Source: Gemmatimonadota bacterium (lineage in GTDB: Bacteria > Gemmatimonadota > Gemmatimonadetes > Palauibacterales > Palauibacteraceae). From it: DNA of 64,000 nucleotides. Where the stretch lies: positions 1-64,000 of the forward strand of contig JBDHAC010000002.1 in assembly GCA_039588275.1 (NCBI GenBank), given 5' to 3'. Shown one piece after another: positions 56,880 to 64,000 of this stretch (the stretch's first letter is position 1; each line of letters opens with the position of its first letter). Position numbers and translations under genes: made by a program. Under the pieces are notes generated by a model, which saw only the letters and a program-made list of their open reading frames with translations, did no database searches and was not told the origin of the DNA.

Positions 56880-58823
56880 GTGCGAAGCGGAATCGACGCG
56901 GGGGCGGGGCGCGGAGGTGGAGTAACCGGGTGGTCGGGGAGATTCCGGCGCGTCCTTCTATTGGCCGGGTTTTTTGCGCTGCTGACGGGCACCTGCGAGC
57001 TACTGTTCGTCACCCTGCACCGCTACGTCCTCGGCCACATCACGTACGTCAGCCCCCACATCGTGTGGATGGCCCCCGCCGCGAATCTGGTCGTGTTCGC
57101 CCTGGCAGGTCTGCTTTTGCTGGGCTTCAGCGAGCGCTGGCCAGGGGTCGCCGGGGTGAGGGTCAGCGCGACTGTCTTCGGCATGCTGAGCGCGTTCTCC
57201 ATCGCTTTGGCCCTGCCCTTCAAGCTGCACATTGCGGCGGCGCTCGTGCTGGCCGGCGGCGTCGGCGTGCAGGCGGGGCGCTGGTTGGGTGGCTCCGGTG
57301 CCATACCGCACTGGATCAGGCGGGCGACGGCCATCCTCGCTCTCGGCCTCGCGGTGACGACGGCCGGCGTGGTGGGACGGCGGCCGTTCGTGGAGCGCGC
57401 CGCGCTCTCCGATCTGCCGGCAGCCCCGGAGGGAGCACCGAACGTCCTGCTCCTCATCCTCGACACGGTGCGTGCGAAGAGCCTGGGTCTGTACGGGTAC
57501 GAGCGAGCCACGACCCCGCATCTCTCGGCATTCGCTCGGAACGGCCTCGTGTTCGAGCGCGCTGTCGCTACGGCTCCGTGGACACTTCCGTCTCACGCTT
57601 CCGTCTTCACCGGCCGCTTCCCGCACCAGCTCTCCGCCGACTGGGAAGAGCCCCTGGACGATGCTCATGCTACGCTGGCCGAAGTGCTCGGATCGAGCGG
57701 GTATCAGACGGCGGGGTTCGTCGCGAACCTCCTGTACGGCTCGTACGTGCACGGTCTGTCGCGCGGATTCGTCCACTACGAGGACTACCCCGTCTCCGTG
57801 GGTCAGACCGTGCTCAGCTCATCGCTCGGTCGCGCGCTCGCCGGCACCACGACATTTCACCGATTGTTGGGGTACGAGGATCTGCTCAATCGGAAGCCGG
57901 CGGGGGTGATCGTCGACGCATTCCTGGATTGGATCGACGGCCGGGAGGAGCGTCCCTACTTCGCCTTCCTCAACCTGTTCGACGCGCACGAGCCGTACTT
58001 GCCCCCGCCGCCGTTCGATACGCTGTTCGGACCGACCGGGCCCCGACCTCTGTCGCGCGAAGTCAGCCTGAAGAGGGACACTCGCGCGCGTCGTCCGGCG
58101 AAGTGGATCATGACCCCCGAGGAGTTCCAGATCGAGCTCAACGCGTACGACGGCGCGATCGCATATCTGGACTCGGAGCTGGGACGGTTGTTCGAAACGC
58201 TGGAGGCGAGAGGCGAGCTCGACAACACGCTCGTGGTCGTTACGTCCGACCATGGCGAGCAGCACGGCGAACACCGCCTTTTCGGACACCTGAACAGCCT
58301 GTACGCTCCGCTTCTTCACGTACCGCTGCTGATCGCGGGTCCGGGGGTCCCGGTGGGGCGACTCGAGGGCACCGTGAGTCTCCGCGACCTGCCGGCAACC
58401 ATCCTGGACCTCGTGAGCGCCCCCGACGAGCGTCGACTCCCCGGACACTCGCTCGCACCTTTGTGGGCCACCGACTCCGCTCCGCTGGAGTCCGATCCGC
58501 CGATCGCGGGGCTGACGGGCGCCACGCCCCCGGGACCCATCCTGTCCACCCTCTACCGTGGAGTCGTGCTCCGCCCGTGGTATCCCGTGCTGCGGGGTGA
58601 CGAAATGCACTCGTTGTGGGATGGGGACTACCACTACATCTGCAACGGCGACGGCTTCGAAGAGGTGTACGACACCTCGTTGGATCAGGAGGAGGAGGAC
58701 AATCTCGCGGACGGTCAGAACGGTCCCTCGTTGGCACCTCGGCGCGACGAGCTCACGGCCGCGCTCGGTCGACCACACGCCTGCTCACCCCCGCGCACGA
58801 GTTCAGCTTTTTCAAAAAAGTGA
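56880..58823 (+). CDS. Membrane-anchored sulfatase-like hydrolase/transferase (alkaline phosphatase superfamily)
   Basis: About five N-terminal TM helices; PNVLL..LDT.RA, WTLPSH.S.FTG, DAHEPY, YDG.I, SDHGE, HVPL. Confidence 0.88.
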   Translation: MRSGIDAGAGRGGGVTGWSGRFRRVLLLAGFFALLTGTCELLFVTLHRYVLGHITYVSPHIVWMAPAANLVVFALAGLLLLGFSERWPGVAGVRVSATVFGMLSAFSIALALPFKLHIAAALVLAGGVGVQAGRWLGGSGAIPHWIRRATAILALGLAVTTAGVVGRRPFVERAALSDLPAAPEGAPNVLLLILDTVRAKSLGLYGYERATTPHLSAFARNGLVFERAVATAPWTLPSHASVFTGRFPHQLSADWEEPLDDAHATLAEVLGSSGYQTAGFVANLLYGSYVHGLSRGFVHYEDYPVSVGQTVLSSSLGRALAGTTTFHRLLGYEDLLNRKPAGVIVDAFLDWIDGREERPYFAFLNLFDAHEPYLPPPPFDTLFGPTGPRPLSREVSLKRDTRARRPAKWIMTPEEFQIELNAYDGAIAYLDSELGRLFETLEARGELDNTLVVVTSDHGEQHGEHRLFGHLNSLYAPLLHVPLLIAGPGVPVGRLEGTVSLRDLPATILDLVSAPDERRLPGHSLAPLWATDSAPLESDPPIAGLTGATPPGPILSTLYRGVVLRPWYPVLRGDEMHSLWDGDYHYICNGDGFEEVYDTSLDQEEEDNLADGQNGPSLAPRRDELTAALGRPHACSPPRTSSAFSKK

Positions 58824-58929
58824 CGTACCGTCGACGAACATAGCGGGGGGCGGATCATCGCTCGAATCCTGCGCCCGTGTTCGCGAATCGCTCGTGCTCC
58901 CCATGGGCTCTTCGAGGGGGCCACGAGCG

Positions 58930-59012
58930 TAATCCACACCAGAGCCGAGTTATCTACAAACCTTGAACAATTGCGTAACTGACGACCATGTGGACACTTA
59001 CATTGTGGATAG
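58930..59012. promoter_or_regulatory. Cluster of four DnaA-box-like 9-mers
   Basis: TAATCCACA (58930), TTATCTACA (58950), TGTGGACAC (58989), TGTGGATAG (59004), compared with consensus TTWTNCACA. Confidence 0.55.
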
Positions 59013-59048
59013 GGCCCGGCCGCCCTGGGGGCGAACGGACGTCTACGG

Positions 59049-59078
59049 TTGCACGGTCGAATCGTCTCTTCGTATACT
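59049..59078 (+). promoter_or_regulatory. Putative sigma70 promoter
   Basis: TTGCAC-N18-TATACT. Confidence 0.45.
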
Positions 59079-59177
59079 TCCGGCGACAACTGGAAGCGGG
59101 AATGCGGGCCACGCTACCCACCCGTCCGTCGTCATGACCATCGACAATTGAACCTTTTTTTGGAGCGCCAGTCGCTG

Positions 59178-59360
59178 ATGATGTCGCTGTCGGATACCCG
59201 CCCGGTGGAGTTGGTCGTGGATCTGCCCGAAGAGCTCGCGGACGACGTCGAGGAAGTCCGCAAGAACGATCCGGAGTTCCTCGGACGCGCCATCCAGTAT
59301 GCGTTGGCGCGCCGCATCGTGTTCCAGGAACTGAGCGCCCAACCACTCGAACCCCGCTGA
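59178..59360 (+). CDS. Small protein, possibly ribbon-helix-helix-like
   Basis: GGAG RBS; beta strand ELVVDLPEEL followed by two helices. Confidence 0.6.
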   Translation: MMSLSDTRPVELVVDLPEELADDVEEVRKNDPEFLGRAIQYALARRIVFQELSAQPLEPR

Positions 59361-59540
59361 TTCTCACAGCTGGACTCCCTCTCCCCGCCCGACCCGGGTG
59401 GGACCGTATGACCGTCGCTCGACCGTAACAACGCCGTCACCCGGTTGACGCTCCCCACCGGGATCACTAAATCGCTCGCTGGGGCGGTTTGGCTCTTCGC
59501 CAACCCGCAAGCTGCGTATCTCGTAATCCAGTGACGCATT

Positions 59541-59918
59541 TTGTCCACCGACAACGGTCGCCCACTCGCCCCCGAACTCGCAGTGGAGGACCTGGACGCC
59601 GATCCGGTTCTCAAGGCGAAGTACATCGAGTTCTGTTCGGCGCAGCTTACGGAAGTCTTCCTCTCGCTCTCCGACGAGCGGATCTACGACCTCGTCGAAG
59701 AGGCTGCCAAGGACGAGGCTCTGGAGCCCGGGTCGCTCGGGTTCCGAGCCATGGTCCAGCTGGTGACGAGGCGGTTGCGGAACAGCGTGCCGTTGCCGGA
59801 TTTCGGGACCTGGAGACAAGACTACGAGGCGGACCCCGAGCGCTACGATCGCTACTTGCTCGGGCTGTGGCGCGAGCTGGCGGCCCGCGAGCAGGTGCCG
59901 GCGGCCGAGGACGAGTGA
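59541..59918 (+). CDS. Hypothetical acidic helical protein
   Basis: GC3-biased ORF; TGATG coupling to the next gene. Confidence 0.72.
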   Translation: MSTDNGRPLAPELAVEDLDADPVLKAKYIEFCSAQLTEVFLSLSDERIYDLVEEAAKDEALEPGSLGFRAMVQLVTRRLRNSVPLPDFGTWRQDYEADPERYDRYLLGLWRELAAREQVPAAEDE

Positions 59919-60250
59919 TGACAGGTGAGGATGGGGGTGGTCCGATGAGCGGGTCCGGCAACGGCGCCGGGGAGGACGCATCGCGCCGACAGCTCCACAT
60001 ATGGGATGAAGAGGAGCGCGACACCTCCATCGGTACGCTCGAGGACGATGGCGATTACTGGCAGATGCACGTCATCGTCGAGCCCGTCTCCGGCGACCTC
60101 GTACGCGGCCGGCTTTCGTTCCGGAGCGGCTCGGAACGATACGACACGGCGCCCGTCCTTCTCGAGGAGACCGCGGCCCGCGTCGTTCAAAGGGCCGCCG
60201 AGCTGCCGCAGGCGATGCTCCGCCAGCTCTTCCTCTCGGCGCGAGGATAA
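59918..60250 (+). CDS. Hypothetical protein
   Basis: ATG overlaps the upstream TGA; protein-like composition. Confidence 0.68.
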   Translation: MTGEDGGGPMSGSGNGAGEDASRRQLHIWDEEERDTSIGTLEDDGDYWQMHVIVEPVSGDLVRGRLSFRSGSERYDTAPVLLEETAARVVQRAAELPQAMLRQLFLSARG

Positions 60251-60269
60251 TCCCGCTCGAGGCACCACC

Positions 60270-60998
60270 TCAGCCCGATTCAGTGAAGCGCCCTGCGCGC
60301 TCCGGAGGCGCGCGCAGGACTTCTGCCGCAAGCGTGCGCAGCATGACCCACCCTGCCGTTAACGACCCGCGCACGGACCCCGAGACCTTGGAACGGCCGA
60401 GCGATCTGCGCTCGAACGTCACCGGAATCCCGACGGTGCGCAGGTGAGCCCGGACCGCCCGGACCTGCATCTGCACGTACCAGCCGAAGTCCGGGTCGTC
60501 CAGACGGAGCCTCTCGAGATCGACCCATCGGATCGCGCGGAACGGCCCCATGTCGCGTGGCGCCGCACCGTACAACCCGCGCATGAAGGTGAGAATCAGC
60601 CGGTTGCCCAGCCGCGCGTGCCAGCGCACTCCACCGCCCGCGGACGACTGCCGTTCGCCGACGACCAGGTCGGCTTCTCCGGCGCGCAGCGGAGCGAGGA
60701 GACGCTCCACCTGAGCCGGAGCTTGAAAGTCGTCCGCGTCGAGAAACACCAGGACGTCGGGCGGCTCGGATCGCAGGGCGTGGATCCCGCTCTGGCAGGC
60801 GCGTCCGTACCCGGGACGTGGCTCGGAGACGACGCTGGCCCCCGCGCGTTGGGCGATCGCTGGCGTGTCGTCGGTGGACCCGTTGTCGACCACCACGACC
60901 CGAGCCAGGTCGCTCCCCGAAGTCACGCGCACCCGCTCGAGCAGAGCGGGGAGCGTCTCGGCCTCATCCAGCGCGGGGATCAGGAACGCGTACCGCAA
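60270..60998 (-). CDS. GT2 glycosyltransferase (DPM1-like)
   Basis: IPALDE, VVDNGSTD, GYG.AC, FLDAD, DMGPFRA, SKVSG. Probable TTG start at 60998 (GGAG RBS); alternative GTG 61094. Confidence 0.9.
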   Translation of the reverse strand: MRYAFLIPALDEAETLPALLERVRVTSGSDLARVVVVDNGSTDDTPAIAQRAGASVVSEPRPGYGRACQSGIHALRSEPPDVLVFLDADDFQAPAQVERLLAPLRAGEADLVVGERQSSAGGGVRWHARLGNRLILTFMRGLYGAAPRDMGPFRAIRWVDLERLRLDDPDFGWYVQMQVRAVRAHLRTVGIPVTFERRSLGRSKVSGSVRGSLTAGWVMLRTLAAEVLRAPPERAGRFTESG

Positions 60999-61057
60999 GC
61001 GAGCTCCGGAGTCGGGGGCGCGACGCGGGCCGGAGGCCAGATCGGGAGCCGGTCTTG

Positions 61058-62500
61058 ATGCGGTCTCCGGGACGACAGCCCCCCGGCGAGGCACTCGCCC
61101 GGCGCACCCCGATTCTCCTGTTCACCGCTCAGGCGGCCGCCCTGCTGGCGATGGGGTGGTGGCCGGGAGGCCGCGCCACTCCCTGGCCGGCACTCTGGCT
61201 GTGGGGGATCGCCTTCGCCGCGTACCTGGGCTCGTGGCGGTCCGCCGATGCGGTGCCTCGCCGCGCGATCTGGGCGGGTGGCGTCCTTCTCCGCACCGGG
61301 CTGCTTCCCCTCACGCCGTTTCTCTCGGACGACATCTACCGCTACGTGTGGGATGGTTGGATAGCGCGAAACGGGATCAACCCTTTCCTGTATGCGCCGG
61401 CCGATCCGCAGCTCGAAACGATCCGCACGGCCTGGTGGCCACTGATCAACCACCCCGAGATCCCCACGATCTATCCCCCGGGCGCCCAGATCGTGTTCGC
61501 CGTCCTCGCGCTGGTCGCGGCGGGCTGGCCGCTGTTCAAGCTCGCCTGGCTCGCGGCCGATCTGGGCGTGGCGTGGGTGATCGACCGCATGGTCCGGCGG
61601 CGATTCGGGTCGGCGCGGAACGGCCCGCTGCTCCTTTACCTCTGGTCGCCGCTCCTCATCGTCGAGGTGGGGTGGAGCGGACACATGGAGTCGCTGGGGA
61701 TTCTTCCCATGATGGCAGCGGTCGCGCTCCTGTGGGGTGGGCCCCGAGGGGCGGGCGCCGACCCACGCGGCGCGGGCGCAGACGGGCCCGTCGAGCCTGG
61801 CAAAGCACGTCTGGCCCTGGCGGGCGGAGCGCTCCTGGGTCTCGGGGCCGCGGTGAAGTTCGCGCCCCTCGCGGCATGCCCCGCTCTGTGGCGGAGGCAC
61901 GGATCCCGGTCCGCCGCGCTCGCGTTTCTCGTGCCCGCGCTCCTCTACCTGCCCTACGCGGCGGCCGGGCCGCGGCTCTTCGAAGCGCTCGGCACGTACG
62001 CGGAGCGCTGGGAGTTCAACCCCGGGTTGTTTCAAGTGCTCGTTCGCTCGGTCGGCGCCGGAACGACGCCGCGTTGGCTCGTCGCGGGAGCTGTCGTTGG
62101 GCTCGCCCTGTGGGCGGCGTGGAAGCGCTGGCCGGTCGATCGAACGCTGTTCTGGACGATCGGCGCGGCCCTCCTGCTCTCACCCACGCTGCACCCGTGG
62201 TACGTCCTGTGGATCCTGCCGTTCGCGTGTCTGTTCGAGAGCGGTCCCTGGGTCCTGCTCACCGGCACGGTGTTCCTGGGGTATGCCGGGCGCGATGCGT
62301 TCCACGCCACCGGCGTGTGGCCGCAGCCGACGTGGCTCGCGCTCCTCGTGCACACGCCGGTGGTTGTCTGGCTAGTGGCCCAGGCCGCGTCTGGCCACCT
62401 CGCGCGTGGCGGCCAGGTACCCGGCGGCGAACAGACCCGTGAACGGGACGGCGGAGAACAAGCCCGAAGCAGCCAGGCTCGCCATCGAACCGAGGAGTGA
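61058..62500 (+). CDS. GT-C fold polytopic glycosyltransferase (GT87/DUF2029-like)
   Basis: LSDDIYRYVWDG, NP..YAP, TIYPP, W.P....E...GH, HPWY; many TM helices. Confidence 0.85.
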   Translation: MRSPGRQPPGEALARRTPILLFTAQAAALLAMGWWPGGRATPWPALWLWGIAFAAYLGSWRSADAVPRRAIWAGGVLLRTGLLPLTPFLSDDIYRYVWDGWIARNGINPFLYAPADPQLETIRTAWWPLINHPEIPTIYPPGAQIVFAVLALVAAGWPLFKLAWLAADLGVAWVIDRMVRRRFGSARNGPLLLYLWSPLLIVEVGWSGHMESLGILPMMAAVALLWGGPRGAGADPRGAGADGPVEPGKARLALAGGALLGLGAAVKFAPLAACPALWRRHGSRSAALAFLVPALLYLPYAAAGPRLFEALGTYAERWEFNPGLFQVLVRSVGAGTTPRWLVAGAVVGLALWAAWKRWPVDRTLFWTIGAALLLSPTLHPWYVLWILPFACLFESGPWVLLTGTVFLGYAGRDAFHATGVWPQPTWLALLVHTPVVVWLVAQAASGHLARGGQVPGGEQTRERDGGEQARSSQARHRTEE

Positions 62501-63823
62501 CACCCCCAGAGCCGCTCGCACCCCCGCGGCGATCCCGTTCACACGGGCCCGATAGGCTCGAAGTGAAGCGCCCCCGCGCTTCGGCGTCCGGCGAAACGGA
62601 GTGCCCACCCGCAGGGCACCGCGGAAGACGGCTCCCGTGAGCGGTATTCCGAGCCCGAGACCCAGCAGGAGCGCTTCGAGCAGGCGTCGCGGAATCGAGC
62701 GCGCCGCGTAACGGCGAACGCCGGCCGCGGCGCCATAGAAGACCAGAAACGGCACCGTCGCGAACCCCAACGCCGCCCCGTGGACCCAGGCGGGGATTCC
62801 CTCGTGCGCCAATCCGAGGTATCCGAGTGCGCACAAGCACAATCCCAGCATCAGGGTAAGCGGGTGCACCGCATGACCCAGCAGGTGCGCGGTCGCCTCT
62901 AGCTTCACCGCGGGTCGCAGCGGGCTGCTCCATACGGCCGAGAGCAGCTTGTACGCCGTCTGAATCCCGCCCTGGGTCCACCTCTCCTGCTGCAGCTCGA
63001 TGTCCTCCAGCTCCCGGGGGAGCTCGGCCGGGACCCGCACATCGTCCCGGTATACGAGGCGCCAGCCGCCGAGCTGTGCGCGGTAGCTCAGGTCCACGTC
63101 CTCGGTCAGCGTATCACTCTTCCAGCCGCCGCTCGCTTCGATGCACGCCCTCCGCCACATGCCGGCGGACCCGTTGAAGTTGAAGAACAGCCCGGCCCGG
63201 TAGCGAGCTGCGTGCTCGATCGCGAAGTGCGCATCCAGGAACAGGGCCTGCGCCCGCGTCAACCAGCTCTCCTCGGCGTTCAGATGGCTCCACGCTGCCT
63301 GGACCGCCCCCACATCCGGAGCGTCGAACGAGTCCAGCAGCGAGCGAATCAGGTTCGTAGGCGGGATGAAGTCCGCGTCCAGCACGAGCAGGAAATCACC
63401 GCGCGCGATCCGCGTTCCGTGCGCGAGGGCTCCCGCCTTGAACCCGGCTCGTGTCCCTCGCCGAACGTGTCGGGTGGCGATGCCCCGCCGGCGCCAGGCC
63501 GCGGTTGCTCGCTGGGCGATCCCGACGGTCGCGTCGTCGGAGTCGTCCAACACCTGGACCTCGAGCAACTCGGCCGGATAGTCCTGGCGGCACGCGGCGT
63601 CGATCAACCGCTGCGCCACGTTTGCTTCATTGTAGATGGGAAGCTGGATCGTGACCGGTGGGAGGGATCCGACCCAACCCCGCGGCCCTCGAGGCTCGGG
63701 AGTCGTGAAGCGAAGCCACAGAAGCCGCAGGCGGTGGAGCCCGAACGGGACCAAAAGGCAGAGGATGAGCAAGTACAGGGCGCCGGCCCCGAACTGTGCA
63801 CTCGCTTCGGAACCCGGCATCAC
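62372..63823 (-). CDS. Membrane GT2 glycosyltransferase (cellulose synthase-like)
   Basis: TIQLPIYNE, QVLDDS.D, GFKAGAL, DADF, TEDVD, QQERW, F.RTPK. Confidence 0.93.
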   Translation of the reverse strand: MMPGSEASAQFGAGALYLLILCLLVPFGLHRLRLLWLRFTTPEPRGPRGWVGSLPPVTIQLPIYNEANVAQRLIDAACRQDYPAELLEVQVLDDSDDATVGIAQRATAAWRRRGIATRHVRRGTRAGFKAGALAHGTRIARGDFLLVLDADFIPPTNLIRSLLDSFDAPDVGAVQAAWSHLNAEESWLTRAQALFLDAHFAIEHAARYRAGLFFNFNGSAGMWRRACIEASGGWKSDTLTEDVDLSYRAQLGGWRLVYRDDVRVPAELPRELEDIELQQERWTQGGIQTAYKLLSAVWSSPLRPAVKLEATAHLLGHAVHPLTLMLGLCLCALGYLGLAHEGIPAWVHGAALGFATVPFLVFYGAAAGVRRYAARSIPRRLLEALLLGLGLGIPLTGAVFRGALRVGTPFRRTPKRGGASLRAYRARVNGIAAGVRAALGVSLLGSMASLAASGLFSAVPFTGLFAAGYLAATREVARRGLGH

Positions 63824-63841
63824 GCTTGCTTCATCACGAGA

Positions 63842-64000
63842 TTATCGCCGCCGGTCACGACCCCGATCGGGAACCACCGCTGACTCGGCGGCGCCCGCCT
63901 CGACGTAGAGCTCTCCACCGTGCTCGCGGAACTCTTCGGCCTTCTCGTGTAGTCCGGTCTCCAGCGCCTCTTCCGCCGAAAGCCTGTGTGCATCAGCGTA
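63842..64000 (-). CDS. thiC: Phosphomethylpyrimidine synthase, C-terminal end (gene continues beyond window)
   Basis: YA.......EAL..GL.EKAEEF...GGELY resembles the ThiC C-terminus. Confidence 0.72.
   Translation of the reverse strand, partial: YADAHRLSAEEALETGLHEKAEEFREHGGELYVEAGAAESAVVPDRGRDRRR

Overview
High-GC (~69% by eye) bacterial chromosomal segment of mostly housekeeping character. The gene content and the many 'LxACxDxxxGP' lipoproteins suggest Gemmatimonadota (inference only). Recognisable genes are dnaE-accA-PSP1/RicT-metG, fadJ, GNAT-proS, glnS-YqeY, mscS, yggU, a rearranged paaA/B/C/D-like diiron oxygenase cluster, pruA, a FabL-like SDR, a Thr-type sulfatase-like protein, a glycosyltransferase trio and the 3' end of thiC. 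The most notable features are: (1) a promoter-bearing tRNA-Ile(GAT) cut just after the anticodon loop, next to integrase arm-like direct repeats; (2) a tightly coupled six-gene operon joining an ANL/PaaK-CapK-like ligase, a NitT/TauT ABC importer, a TonB-dependent receptor and a Wzx flippase; (3) a Paa-like cluster with a split PaaD, no local reductase and an inserted beta-propeller lipoprotein; (4) a frameshifted ECF sigma factor; (5) a cluster of four DnaA-box-like 9-mers; (6) a tiny, very acidic Trp-rich protein; (7) apparent CTG translationally coupled starts. All calls come from reading motifs by eye; no database searches were run.
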